Below, one piece after another: positions 44,483-53,329 of a stretch of 64,000 bases of DNA. Source of the stretch: a virus; IMG/VR virus record IMGVR_UViG_3300043811_000226; one strand, given 5' to 3'. The position numbers and the translations under genes were made by a program. Every line of letters begins with the position of its first letter. Position 1 is the first letter of the stretch. The notes beneath the pieces are model-generated. The model ran no database searches, was not told the origin of the DNA, and saw only the letters and a list, made by a program, of their open reading frames with translations.

Positions 44483-45002
44483 CTTCTTTCAACCACTGCG
44501 CAATGTCGTTCCATACCTGCTCTGACATAGTCGTGCGTGACTTGGGATGGGGAAAGACGTCACCATTCCTGTTCGGCGGTGGTGCCGTCATCTTGCGCTC
44601 GGTGTCCTCGATCAGGTGCTGCAGGTCTTCTTCTGGTGTGGTGGGGCGCGGTCTAGGAAGAAGCTTCCCATGCTCGGCGATGATGGTGCCTTTGCCGAGG
44701 GGCTTGCCGAGGAGCGTCTTCAGGAAGTCCGTCTCAAGTTCGTGAGGCATCATCGCGTTCTGCTCGGACAGGCTGGGTTCGCGGTGCACTTCGAAAGCTA
44801 GTTGAAAGCCAGGGTCCGGGCCCTCGTAGTGCGTAGGCCCGGTGTTGAGGATGAGTTCTTCTGCCTTGTCACAGTTGTACTGCCTTTCGGCCTCCTCGAT
44901 GGTGATGCTGCGCGCTTTGGCGAGCAGTTCGATGAAGCCGGGGATGCCCCACCGATTGCGCGCATTGTCTCCCGGCACGTACCGCGGCTTTACTTCGGCC
45001 AT
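44469..45002 (-). CDS. Hypothetical protein
   Basis: 177-aa ORF, GAGG RBS. Confidence 0.7.
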   Translation of the reverse strand: MAEVKPRYVPGDNARNRWGIPGFIELLAKARSITIEEAERQYNCDKAEELILNTGPTHYEGPDPGFQLAFEVHREPSLSEQNAMMPHELETDFLKTLLGKPLGKGTIIAEHGKLLPRPRPTTPEEDLQHLIEDTERKMTAPPPNRNGDVFPHPKSRTTMSEQVWNDIAQWLKEDVEP

Positions 45003-45436
45003 GCGCCCCTCACCAGTTCGCGCAACTCGGCGTGCGTGGGCGCACGGCCATACCGTAGAATGAAGCTTCGCACAGTCTCTGGTGGCAGGGTGATCGGCTT
45101 GGCCATCTCACCATCCGGCCGCAGCTTCACCTCGCTCAGGTCTGACGGCGGCGGGAGACCGAGCATCTTACGCTCAGTCTCAGCAATGAGGGCGTCGAGA
45201 GAGGCGTCGGGGATGGACGCAATGGCCTCCGCAAGCCGGACTTGTACAGACGACGCCGGGCTGCCCGTCATCATGCGCAGCTCGGTCGCCGTGAGGGTCT
45301 TGAGGTGCGGCGCCTTCGGGTCGATGTTGTCCCGGCGGTCGATGCCGCGCGCCTTCTGTGCCGCCGCCCGCTCCTCGCATGACTCGTGAAGGCGCTGCAT
45401 GCGAGGGTCGTCAGGGAACTTGATATCCACCATCAC
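44990..45436 (-). CDS. Hypothetical protein
   Basis: 148-aa ORF. Confidence 0.7.
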   Translation of the reverse strand: MMVDIKFPDDPRMQRLHESCEERAAAQKARGIDRRDNIDPKAPHLKTLTATELRMMTGSPASSVQVRLAEAIASIPDASLDALIAETERKMLGLPPPSDLSEVKLRPDGEMAKPITLPPETVRSFILRYGRAPTHAELRELVRGAWPK

Positions 45437-45624
45437 GACCCCAAGGGCCGCGGCTTCTTTCCGATGACGATGACCCCATGCTCACGCCCACCCGGTGCGT
45501 CCATGATGTCGTCGACCTCGTAGCCGCTGCCCTCGACAGTGTTGAGCGTCTCCTGCAGGTCATGCGCGAAACGCTGCACACTGCCGGCTTCGACAGGTTG
45601 TACGGTCCACTCGAACTTGTTCAT
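45433..45624 (-). CDS. Hypothetical protein
   Basis: MNKFEW start after AGGAGAAGGAG; resembles the N-terminus of the 43651 protein (KTV..DDP..FAKSL..SLQEL..GF vs WTV.......FAHDL..TLN.V...GY). Confidence 0.65.
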   Translation of the reverse strand: MNKFEWTVQPVEAGSVQRFAHDLQETLNTVEGSGYEVDDIMDAPGGREHGVIVIGKKPRPLGS

Positions 45625-45634
45625 TCTCCTTCTC

Positions 45635-46225
45635 CTATAGTACCCCCCGTGCATGACGGCGCACGAACTCGCAGAGGTCTGACCAGTCCTCGGCTTCGAG
45701 GGCGAGTGGTTCGCGCGGGTCGTCGATGGTGCGGTCGGTCTTCCAGAGGATGCCACGTGCTTTCGGGTTGCGCCCCGAACGCTGCCAGTAGGCGATCCAA
45801 TCTCGGACGTGCTCGGTCTTGTCGTCGACGAAGAGGTCGCCGTGGATGCGCTCCTTGTGCCGCGCGTGGATGACCTGCTCGATCTGGAAGTGCTTCTCGA
45901 GCCAGATCTCGCGCTCGTGCGCCCACGTCGGCGAGCCCTTGAACGGCGAGGTCACGACGATGATGTTCGCCAGCTCACGAAGCCGCGCCACTCCCTCTAG
46001 AGCAGGCTCGTAGACGGGGATGCCGAGACAACCGCCGGCGCCCTTGAGGATGCGGTAGACCTCTTTCTGTGCCGCGGGCTCTGGGATTGAGTCAAATACT
46101 TCCCAAGTGCGCACGTCGCTTGGCTGGTAGCGACGCCCGGTCACCTCGAAGACGAGCTCGAGGGCCGCTGCAGTGAAATCGGCGATGACGCCGTCGGCGT
46201 CGAGAAGAACAGTAGGCTTGCCCAT
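45635..46225 (-). CDS. HAD-family 5'(3')-deoxyribonucleotidase
   Basis: LLDADGVIADF (DxD), VVTSP, WLEKHF, GDLFVDDK. Confidence 0.88.
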   Translation of the reverse strand: MGKPTVLLDADGVIADFTAAALELVFEVTGRRYQPSDVRTWEVFDSIPEPAAQKEVYRILKGAGGCLGIPVYEPALEGVARLRELANIIVVTSPFKGSPTWAHEREIWLEKHFQIEQVIHARHKERIHGDLFVDDKTEHVRDWIAYWQRSGRNPKARGILWKTDRTIDDPREPLALEAEDWSDLCEFVRRHARGVL

Positions 46226-46875
46226 CAGATCTTCTTCCCACCGTGACGCTCCGAACGCGTCCTATTGTAGGCCTCCTTCTCGTCGATGGCGGCCCAGAGG
46301 TCGATGTTGTGGAACTTGCAGAAGTCGAACGTCTGGTTGATGCAGTTGGCGAGGTTGCGCAGCACCATCTCCTTCTTTTTCTGCTGAACGTAGGCATTCG
46401 ACAGGTCGAGGTGACGCTCCGCCAAGAACAGCTCGAAGTCTGCGTACAGCGGTCCAGCCCCAAGCTCTGTGCAGCAGAGGTCGAGCCTCGCCGCATCACC
46501 GTCGGTACCCACCCGCTGGCAGATGCGGATGACGAGGTCGGCGAGCTCGATGGGGATGCCCTCAGGCTTGGCGTCGATGAACTCCGTACCGCGGCCGTAC
46601 TTGCTGTCGAGCGCCTTGACTGCAGGCAGCTGGTCCTTCGCGCACTTGCCCGTGACGATGTCCCCCGCATCGTTCTTTGTCTTCACCGTGTAGTAGATCT
46701 CGTTCAACGGCTTGTGGTCTCGGTACTCCTCGAGCGCCTCGGAGAGCTCGGAGTGCATGAGGGAGATGGTCGTGTGGAAGGGGCGCGGATCGCCGTCTTT
46801 CACCCAGCCTTTGCTGCGAGAGATTGCGTCAGAGCGCTGGCAGAGGGCGACGATGGTGTGCTCGGGTGTGGTCAT
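46225..46875 (-). CDS. MazG-like nucleotide pyrophosphohydrolase
   Basis: LMHSELSEALEEYR...ELADLVIRI...IDLWAAIDEKEAYNRTR...HGGK. Confidence 0.82.
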   Translation of the reverse strand: MTTPEHTIVALCQRSDAISRSKGWVKDGDPRPFHTTISLMHSELSEALEEYRDHKPLNEIYYTVKTKNDAGDIVTGKCAKDQLPAVKALDSKYGRGTEFIDAKPEGIPIELADLVIRICQRVGTDGDAARLDLCCTELGAGPLYADFELFLAERHLDLSNAYVQQKKKEMVLRNLANCINQTFDFCKFHNIDLWAAIDEKEAYNRTRSERHGGKKI

Positions 46876-47123
46876 GGTTTGTTCCTCAGGACGGTGAGTT
46901 CGGCTTCTTGTTGTTCGACGCGGGACTTGAGTTCGTTGACCTCGTTGTTCTTCTGCTCGAGGAGGTCGACGACCTTCTTCAGGTTGCTCGTGAAGAGCGA
47001 CTGCGCTTGCATGGCCATGAGAACGCAGTCGACGAGGTCCTCTTTCTCCATCGTCAGGAGCTGCTCTTTGGTCAGAGTAGGCGCGGTTGGCGCCGGCGCC
47101 GTCTTGTCTTCTTCTGGAAACAT
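46872..47123 (-). CDS. Coiled-coil hypothetical protein
   Basis: ATG 47123 after GAAGGAG; heptad pattern. Confidence 0.7.
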   Translation of the reverse strand: MFPEEDKTAPAPTAPTLTKEQLLTMEKEDLVDCVLMAMQAQSLFTSNLKKVVDLLEQKNNEVNELKSRVEQQEAELTVLRNKP

Positions 47124-47306
47124 GCGATCTCCTTCACACGAACGGGGAAAGCGGAAAGAGCGGCTTGTCGAGTGAGAGGATGGCCTGCTCGATGGCCTGC
47201 TCTTCCCAACGTGAGCGTGCAGGGTCGTCTGTAGCAAACCCGACCGCTTCGATCTGCTTCTTCTTTCGCCGGAGGAGGCCGATGACGAAGCCGCGCTCCT
47301 GCCGAG

Positions 47307-47627
47307 TCACTTGCGCCTACGAAAATTGGCAGCCTGTGTCAGCTGAGCGATGTCGTTGGCCGTTGTCTCTTTGGCGAACTCCCGGAAGACTTCTAGGTCG
47401 ACGGTCTCCCAGGTGCCTGTCGTGCCGTCGTAGAAGACCCAGAGCTTGAGCTCCTCCCGCACCCGTCGGCAGACCACGAGGTCGGCCTCCGGCAGGGGGT
47501 CCATCAGCTTGAAGGGTCGGTCTCGTACGCCCTCGAGGACCTCGTGTAGGAGGTACTCCCCCCAACCATTGGCATTCCAGCCCTCGATGAGAGCGATGAC
47601 GTGGGATACGAGCGGGTGGTGATCCAT
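47307..47627 (-). CDS. Hypothetical protein
   Basis: ATG 47627 after AGGAGG. Confidence 0.75.
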   Translation of the reverse strand: MDHHPLVSHVIALIEGWNANGWGEYLLHEVLEGVRDRPFKLMDPLPEADLVVCRRVREELKLWVFYDGTTGTWETVDLEVFREFAKETTANDIAQLTQAANFRRRK

Positions 47628-47666
47628 AGCCCTCCTGGAGGACGCCGATTCGTCCATTCCAGGGCG

Positions 47667-47674
47667 CTTATGCC
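47667..47674 (-). promoter_or_regulatory. GGCATAAG motif
   Basis: Intergenic, 40 nt upstream of ATG 47627; matches thyX upstream motif. Confidence 0.5.
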
Positions 47675-47693
47675 CTACCCGGGCGAGGAGTTG

Positions 47694-47900
47694 CTAGGCT
47701 GTCCCACGACGCTGTCGGGAGGGCACCATGAACCCCCACCCTCGAGCGAGGTCGTTGGCGCTGGCGTGCTCCCGCGCCAGGGCCTGCTCGGCCCGGTGCT
47801 GATCGTCGAGCGCCCGGCAGAGCGCGGAGAAGTCCCTGGCCGCGCGGGTGCGGGCGCGCAGAGCAGGGAGCCGGTCGGCAGTGCGATCGATGACCATCAA
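47694..47900 (-). CDS. Hypothetical protein
   Basis: AGGAG RBS; 68 aa. Confidence 0.55.
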   Translation of the reverse strand: MMVIDRTADRLPALRARTRAARDFSALCRALDDQHRAEQALAREHASANDLARGWGFMVPSRQRRGTA

Positions 47901-47909
47901 ATTTCTCCT

Positions 47910-48233
47910 TTACACGAAGGCTGCGTGACGGGCGACGGCGAGTAGGAACAGCCCCATCCCCAACAGACCGCCCAGAAGGTAGAACGCGAAGTCCATCGCG
48001 CTGTCCGACCAGCTGTCGCCCTCTCCCCAGCTCGCCGTGTCGAAGACGAACTCCTTGAGCGCCGCAACGAAAAGCCCGAGGCCCAGGGTGACCCACATGA
48101 CCGTGTGACCGCCGAAAGCGCCCAGCACGAACACGACCGAGAGCCCTCCGAGGAAGTGGCCGACCTGAGCCAAGTACTGCGGGTTGCTCATCCAGTCGAA
48201 CGCATGCGTGGCTTCAGTCTTGTCCATGGTCAT
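47910..48233 (-). CDS. Multi-pass membrane protein (holin position; VanZ/YfiM-like H...KE..D...D pattern)
   Basis: Three hydrophobic segments; GHFLGG...LKEFVFD...AMD; directly after the hydrolase gene. Confidence 0.6.
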   Translation of the reverse strand: MTMDKTEATHAFDWMSNPQYLAQVGHFLGGLSVVFVLGAFGGHTVMWVTLGLGLFVAALKEFVFDTASWGEGDSWSDSAMDFAFYLLGGLLGMGLFLLAVARHAAFV

Positions 48234-48238
48234 CTCCC

Positions 48239-48868
48239 TCAGAACATCGCCGTCACAGAGCGTGGTGTGGAATGCAGATCGGTCTCCGCCTGGTCGATGT
48301 CCACGAGCACCTGCGCACCCACAGGGCCAATGAGAACGTTACCTGGGCGCGTCTGGAGCAGGGCGTAGCCGCACGGCAGCTCCGGCACGACCGAGCAGCT
48401 CCGCCAGTAGCGAGTGAAGCCAGGCAGGCTGTAGAGCTGCTGGCCGTTGAGTGGCTGCGCCGCGCCCACGTAGAACATCGCCAGCCACTTCGAAGTGACC
48501 AGGGCGGGCCACTCGGAGCCATAGGCGATGGCCTGCATGGTCGTCGTCGACGCCGCGCACCCCTCGAAGTCGCACGAGATGGTGGTCCCAGGCTCGATGC
48601 CGAAGTCGTTCGCAAGTCGAACCGTCTCGAGCCCGTCCGCCTGGCCCTCCGCCCCGTTGGGTATCCAACCAGGCAGGCGCACGGTGCGAATGCAGAAGAG
48701 TCCGAGGCCACGCTGGCGCAGCCGCGCAATCTCCGTGAGCGACAGGTTGTCGAGGTAGCGCCCTACCGCCGTGTACTTGTTCTCCACAAGCCAGTCGGCG
48801 AAGACGTCCGTGATGGGCGTGTAGGTGTCGATGATGCGATCGACGTTGGTAAGGGCGCGGACTGTCAC
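48239..48868 (-). CDS. GH25-like (DUF1906/Rv2525c-type) peptidoglycan hydrolase, putative endolysin
   Basis: YTAVGRYL...LSLTEI...GLGL, ISCDFE, FYVG, VDID; GTG 48868 overlaps upstream TGA. Confidence 0.72.
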   Translation of the reverse strand: MTVRALTNVDRIIDTYTPITDVFADWLVENKYTAVGRYLDNLSLTEIARLRQRGLGLFCIRTVRLPGWIPNGAEGQADGLETVRLANDFGIEPGTTISCDFEGCAASTTTMQAIAYGSEWPALVTSKWLAMFYVGAAQPLNGQQLYSLPGFTRYWRSCSVVPELPCGYALLQTRPGNVLIGPVGAQVLVDIDQAETDLHSTPRSVTAMF

Positions 48869-49314
48869 GGCGACTTCACCGGCGTGAGCTTGAGCGCCGT
48901 GACGCGCGCCTTGAACGAGTCGTACCCGGGAGGCACGGCCGTGCCACGGAACTGGTCGACGATGGCGAGCACCTTCTGAAGCGCGTCGGTGACTGCTGCA
49001 GAGAGTGCAGAGAAGTCGGGGTTCGGGTTCTGCGTCTGCTGGGCCACGGTGATGGCATCGTTCAGCGTGCTGAGCGAATCGTTGACGACCACCACGGCCG
49101 CATCGAAGAGCTGCTGGTCCTGCGCGGCAGCTGCAGGCGGTAGCAAGGGCATCACACCTGCCCAGACCACTTGAGCCGTAGAGAGCGCCACCTGTACCCC
49201 GGTCTCGAAAAGCTGCACCGCGGTGATGGCCTGCGGAACCGCCGGCGTCTTGCATCCAGCGACACCCAGAGCAGCAGCGGCAGCAAGAAGTACGATGGCG
49301 ATGCGAGTCTTCAT
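48865..49314 (-). CDS. Lipoprotein (possible spanin-like or exclusion protein)
   Basis: Signal peptide MKTRIAIVLLAAAAALGVAG-C lipobox; amphipathic helices. Confidence 0.75.
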   Translation of the reverse strand: MKTRIAIVLLAAAAALGVAGCKTPAVPQAITAVQLFETGVQVALSTAQVVWAGVMPLLPPAAAAQDQQLFDAAVVVVNDSLSTLNDAITVAQQTQNPNPDFSALSAAVTDALQKVLAIVDQFRGTAVPPGYDSFKARVTALKLTPVKSP

Positions 49315-49337
49315 GGACGTTCTCCTTACGCCTGAGT

Positions 49338-49940
49338 CTACCAGCGCCTCTTGGCTTTCCAAGCCGCATCGGCCGAGCGACACATCTCCGACATCTGCCC
49401 ATCGTCAGAAGGAAGGTGGCCCTGCTTGAACATGGTCGACAGAATGAGTCCGCACACGCGAGCATCGTCCGTCGCCCTGTGGGCGCCATTCTGCGTAACG
49501 CCGAAGCGCGCGGCGACGTCCTGCAGCTTGTTCTTGCCACCGCCCGTGTTCAAACGGGAGGCTAAACCAAGCGTGCACACAGAGAGCTGCGGCGAGAGCG
49601 CGGGTCGGCTCAATCGCTGCAGCTCCTGGGTCAGCATCCTCAGATCGAACTCCATGTTGTGCGCCGCCCACACGTTGCACGAGAGCTCGACGAGAAGGTC
49701 AGGCAGGACCTCCTCGAAGGTCGGTTTGCCGCGAAGCTCGTCGTAAGTGAGCTTGTTGACGGCGAGCGCCTCCTGCACCTTGAGGCTCGTCCAGTCCACG
49801 TCGGTCGGGCAGAGAAGCCGCGACCACTCGCGCACCGGCTCGCCCTTCGAGAAGGTCACGACCGCGACTTCGAGGACGCGCGCGGAAGTTCCCACGCCTG
49901 AAGTTTCTGTGTCCAAGGCGACGTACTCGTCAGCCCACAT
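49338..49940 (-). CDS. DEDDh 3'-5' exonuclease (DnaQ/epsilon-like)
   Basis: VALDTETSG, AHNMEFDL, AHRATDDA. Confidence 0.9.
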   Translation of the reverse strand: MWADEYVALDTETSGVGTSARVLEVAVVTFSKGEPVREWSRLLCPTDVDWTSLKVQEALAVNKLTYDELRGKPTFEEVLPDLLVELSCNVWAAHNMEFDLRMLTQELQRLSRPALSPQLSVCTLGLASRLNTGGGKNKLQDVAARFGVTQNGAHRATDDARVCGLILSTMFKQGHLPSDDGQMSEMCRSADAAWKAKRRW

Positions 49941-50407
49941 CGGGAACACCTTCCTGCCCTGGCACTGGAACCGATGGCGAGGGCCTCGCGAGACGCTTGC
50001 ACAAGAAGCGGAGGACCTTCTGCTAGTACAACGCGTTCTGTCAGAAGAGAAGAGATTTCTTCCGATGTCGCGATGTAGTAGCTCGCGGAGAAGGTCGCAG
50101 CCAGTCGAAACGGTAGCATCTGGTGCTTGAGGCACTGTCGCACCGAGGTCTCGACAAGAACGTCGCCGTAGAGAAGCCCTGCGCCAAGTAGAAGATGTAC
50201 GGGCTCCAAGGACTGCTCGCCCTTCATGCCTGAGAGAATATTGGCGCGCAGACCCTCGAAGCCACGACGACGCATCATCATGTTCATCGCGCGTGCACTG
50301 TTGTGACGGCGGCTGCGGTGATCCATGTCACCGCTCGTGTCGTTCACAATCTTGCACCCAGCCCAATGCTGCAGGACGCACAAGAGTGCCGGTAGCGTGT
50401 CACTCAT
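49856..50407 (-). CDS. Hypothetical protein
   Basis: 183-aa ORF, ATGA overlap at start. Confidence 0.55.
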   Translation of the reverse strand: MSDTLPALLCVLQHWAGCKIVNDTSGDMDHRSRRHNSARAMNMMMRRRGFEGLRANILSGMKGEQSLEPVHLLLGAGLLYGDVLVETSVRQCLKHQMLPFRLAATFSASYYIATSEEISSLLTERVVLAEGPPLLVQASREALAIGSSARAGRCSRCGLTSTSPWTQKLQAWELPRASSKSRS

Positions 50408-50640
50408 CGCAGAAGGGGTGGGTCTTCTTCTCCCTTGACCGGGTCGTACGCCCTAGCGAGTACGTTGTACAAGCTGATGCGCTTGCCGGTCCGGAAGCTG
50501 TGGCGTAGCACGGCGAGCACTTCGTTGAAACGCCTGTCGGTCTCGTGCGCCTCTTCGACTTCGGCCGCCTCGACAGGGCGTACGTGCGACGGCTCTTCTT
50601 CCTCGAAGTCTTCGAAGCCTTCCATCAGCACTTCCTCCAC
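50404..50640 (-). CDS. Acidic hypothetical protein
   Basis: 78-aa ORF. Confidence 0.65.
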   Translation of the reverse strand: MEEVLMEGFEDFEEEEPSHVRPVEAAEVEEAHETDRRFNEVLAVLRHSFRTGKRISLYNVLARAYDPVKGEEDPPLLR

Positions 50641-50930
50641 TGATGTCCTTCGTCGAGGTAGCCGTGCCAGCCGTCGCTCACCTCCCCATGTAGCTCAGTG
50701 TGCCGGTCGCCAAGCGATGCACGGATCTCCAGGCTGCCGTCCGGGCACTCCCTGAACTTGTGCGGAGGGGAGACTACGTGGTGAATCGCGCGTGCGATCC
50801 GCGGCGCATCCTTGTCTCGCGCGTTTGGCTTGAGGAAGAACACACAAAGCTGCCCATCGTGCATGATGGGGCCCATGTAGTCGCCCGGCTCCGTAGGCCA
50901 CGTGCCAAGGGGCAGGCGGCGGCCCTTCAT
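50625..50930 (-). CDS. Hypothetical protein (DUF6527-like H-x-x...PS/AS...HG[YF] motif)
   Basis: HKFRECPDGSLEIRASL...WHGYLDEG; paralog-like to the next gene. Confidence 0.6.
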   Translation of the reverse strand: MKGRRLPLGTWPTEPGDYMGPIMHDGQLCVFFLKPNARDKDAPRIARAIHHVVSPPHKFRECPDGSLEIRASLGDRHTELHGEVSDGWHGYLDEGHQWRKC

Positions 50931-51286
50931 CGAACCTCTCCAGAAACTATGTAGCCGTGCCAACAGCTCGGCTCCCCGACGTCGATCGATGGCGTCAGCG
51001 TGAGGTCCGAGAGGCCCGTACCACGCGCGATGTTCCAACGCGTCTTGGTCTTCCCGTCCCGGCCCGTGATGCCAAAGTTGGCCTGAACGATGGACGCGTT
51101 CCGGGGGTTAGCAAAAGGGACGATGAGCCCGTGCGCGCGGCTATCCTTGCCGAACGCGCACGGGCACCACAAGAAGAGCAGCTGGGCGCCGTCGATGACG
51201 CCACCTTGCCGCGTGAAGGACCCTCGTTCGGTGCCCTTCCCACCAAACTCCGCTTCAAACCAAGGGTCCGTCAGACGCGCGATCAC
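50927..51286 (-). CDS. Hypothetical protein (DUF6527-like; CPC...H...LTLTPSI...CWHGYI)
   Basis: Motif seen directly; family name is recollection. Confidence 0.65.
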   Translation of the reverse strand: MIARLTDPWFEAEFGGKGTERGSFTRQGGVIDGAQLLFLWCPCAFGKDSRAHGLIVPFANPRNASIVQANFGITGRDGKTKTRWNIARGTGLSDLTLTPSIDVGEPSCWHGYIVSGEVR

Positions 51287-51479
51287 TGCAGCTCAATCGT
51301 ACCTCAACACGGCAGAGAGCGCCGTGCACTTCAGCGAGGCAGATGTAGGTCCCGTCGAACTGCTCGAGCGCCTTGCCGATGAGTTTCACGCCATGCGTTC
51401 TGTCGACCAGGCCGTCGACGTCGAACTCCAGTGGCTTGGAGAGGCGGAGGTGGAGCTGCTTCATCATGCTTGGCTCCAT
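51255..51479 (-). CDS. Hypothetical protein
   Basis: 74-aa ORF. Confidence 0.6.
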   Translation of the reverse strand: MEPSMMKQLHLRLSKPLEFDVDGLVDRTHGVKLIGKALEQFDGTYICLAEVHGALCRVEVRLSCSDRASDGPLV

Positions 51480-51718
51480 TCTCCCCAGGTGTCCCCTGTC
51501 TTCTCTCGCACCTGCAAGTGCCGCCTCTCCTCGCTGCTCTTGCCTGTGTAGTCGCTGCCCACCCAGCGCAGCTCGATGGAAGGGTCCGCATCGACAGGGG
51601 CTTTGTTAGCGATGACCTCGTCGCCGTAACGCTTCTGAGCGTACGTCTTGGTATCCATCCACGTGGGTGCCTCGATGACCGCGATGGGTGAAGTCGGTGA
51701 GTACACGACGAACTTCAT
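51464..51718 (-). CDS. Hypothetical protein
   Basis: 84-aa ORF. Confidence 0.65.
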   Translation of the reverse strand: MKFVVYSPTSPIAVIEAPTWMDTKTYAQKRYGDEVIANKAPVDADPSIELRWVGSDYTGKSSEERRHLQVREKTGDTWGEWSQA

Positions 51719-52121
51719 GCTTGCTCCGGTTCAGGACCCCCGTAGTGTCCAAGGTGTGACCTTCTGGGGGTGGTGATCTCTTGATGTCTCCTGTGCGAAT
51801 ATCGGTTGCCGTGCGTTCGCCGGTGGTCATTAGAAGCTCCACGGCGGCGATCTTGTAGTCCTGCGCCGTGGGGATGTACCGGTAGATCACACGCAGCGGA
51901 AAACGCTGCATGCGTAACCAATCACCGTCGTGGCGTCGAGCGCGCTCATGTGGAAGATCGACAACCAGAAGCACCCCTACGTGTTGCCTCTCCGTGCGCA
52001 TCCGCACGAGCTCGTGCATGGCGATGCTCTTGTTCTCCGTGACGCGCTCGCCAGGGCGTACTTCCTTCTTTCGCTTCAGGTTCTTGTTCGAGACCGCGAC
52101 GTGAGGGAAGTAGGCCTTCAC
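51606..52121 (-). CDS. Hypothetical protein
   Basis: GTG 52121 overlaps upstream TGA; 3' end overlaps next gene. Confidence 0.45.
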   Translation of the reverse strand: MKAYFPHVAVSNKNLKRKKEVRPGERVTENKSIAMHELVRMRTERQHVGVLLVVDLPHERARRHDGDWLRMQRFPLRVIYRYIPTAQDYKIAAVELLMTTGERTATDIRTGDIKRSPPPEGHTLDTTGVLNRSKHEVRRVLTDFTHRGHRGTHVDGYQDVRSEALRRRGHR

Positions 52122-52402
52122 GCGAAGAGTCCCGCACAGATCGAGCAGATGCCAGTGCGCTCGAGGGTGAAGTCCCCTGCCCTGGCCTGCGCGCAGTGAG
52201 GACACATCTTGAACCTGCCTGACATGGCCCTCTCCGTGTCCCCAACAAGATGTACGCGTCCAAGTGGCGTACTCGGGTCGACCGTACGCAAGATCTTCTT
52301 CTCGGTCAGGTCCACGACCTTGGCGAGCCTGTTCTCCTCGAGCCGCGCCTTCTCGTTGGTCGTCAACTGCTTCTTACCGAAGGACATCAGGCAGCCCTCC
52401 AT
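52118..52402 (-). CDS. Small zinc-ribbon protein
   Basis: CPHC...CSIC. Confidence 0.65.
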   Translation of the reverse strand: MEGCLMSFGKKQLTTNEKARLEENRLAKVVDLTEKKILRTVDPSTPLGRVHLVGDTERAMSGRFKMCPHCAQARAGDFTLERTGICSICAGLFA

Positions 52403-52587
52403 TTAGGTGGCCAGCCAGGCAGAAGATTGTGCCCGCCTAGTATCTTGAGTTCGGTGTGCTGTACAAACCGACGGCGGCAAGGAATGCAGGTCACCTTCGT
52501 CGGATCGTCAGAAGCCAGCAGATCTGCCCGTCGTTGTCGACCGCAGCCGAAACAGAAAACAGTCCCGTGCTTCCAATGAACCTTCAA
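52387..52587 (-). CDS. Small zinc-finger protein
   Basis: CFGC...CIPC. Confidence 0.65.
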   Translation of the reverse strand: MKVHWKHGTVFCFGCGRQRRADLLASDDPTKVTCIPCRRRFVQHTELKILGGHNLLPGWPPKWRAA

Positions 52588-53048
52588 AACTCAGGCTCCG
52601 CAGGTGGCTCTCCTGCTTCTGCTTTCTGTGAGCACACCGAGCCGCAGTACTTCGCGCCCGGGTAGGCGAGAGGCTTCGTCTTGCACTGAGGGCAGACCTT
52701 GGGCAACGACTGCTGGAACTTGAGCGCGCCTTGAGCCATAGCCTTGATCTCTCCGAGGTTGTGCATTGCCTTTCGGTAGAGCGTTGGGTCGAGGATGGGA
52801 CCCGTCGTCTCGGCGCGGTCGATCATCAGAAGGAAGTCCGAGAGCGGCAGCAGACGGATCATCCGCGCGCAGCTGAGGAGAAGGGCCTGGGTGCCCATGT
52901 ACTCCTCGCCGCTCAGCGTGCGCGCGTCTTTGTGCTGGCAGTGCGGGCACTCTTTGCCCGGCGTGTAGATGCCGCGGTAGGTCTTGCCTTCGGCGGTGAC
53001 CGTCGGGTAGCCGCACATGGGGCAGTGGGCTGCTTCTCTTTGGGACAT
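52584..53048 (-). CDS. Zinc-finger protein
   Basis: CPMC, CPHC, CPQC...CGSVC; ATG after AAGGAGG. Confidence 0.7.
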   Translation of the reverse strand: MSQREAAHCPMCGYPTVTAEGKTYRGIYTPGKECPHCQHKDARTLSGEEYMGTQALLLSCARMIRLLPLSDFLLMIDRAETTGPILDPTLYRKAMHNLGEIKAMAQGALKFQQSLPKVCPQCKTKPLAYPGAKYCGSVCSQKAEAGEPPAEPEF

Positions 53049-53329
53049 GCGTCCTCCTTCTCGTGGATGTAAAGCTGCTCGAGCTCCTTGCACAGCCGGA
53101 ACAAGATCTGCGCGCCGCCATCGAAAGGCGGCGTGGACGCTCGGTACGTCCTCACGAGCTGTTCGAGCTTGTCCAGAACCCTGGCGCGCTCACCATCGAG
53201 CGCGTTCATCCCGGTCATGATGCGCACAGCGCGCTCTTTGTCTGCGTTCGTGATGAGGCTCAGCCAGAGCTCCTTCCAAGCCTTCTCTGCGCGCTGCGCT
53301 AGCTCACGTGTAGTGAACTTCTTACCCAT
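52913..53329 (-). CDS. Hypothetical protein
   Basis: ATG 53329 in TAATG overlap. Confidence 0.55.
   Translation of the reverse strand: MGKKFTTRELAQRAEKAWKELWLSLITNADKERAVRIMTGMNALDGERARVLDKLEQLVRTYRASTPPFDGGAQILFRLCKELEQLYIHEKEDACPKEKQPTAPCAATRRSPPKARPTAASTRRAKSARTASTKTRAR

Noticed and set aside
45635-46875. 2-aminoadenine (Z) or 7-deazaguanine genome-modification pathway
   Set aside because: No purZ, datZ-type HD protein, dpdA, queC/D/E or folE recognisable in the window; cannot be excluded elsewhere in the genome.
48869-49540. 433-aa track ORF 48239..49540 as one gene
   Set aside because: The upstream part overlaps the lipoprotein and exonuclease genes in another frame; the hydrolase starts at GTG 48868.
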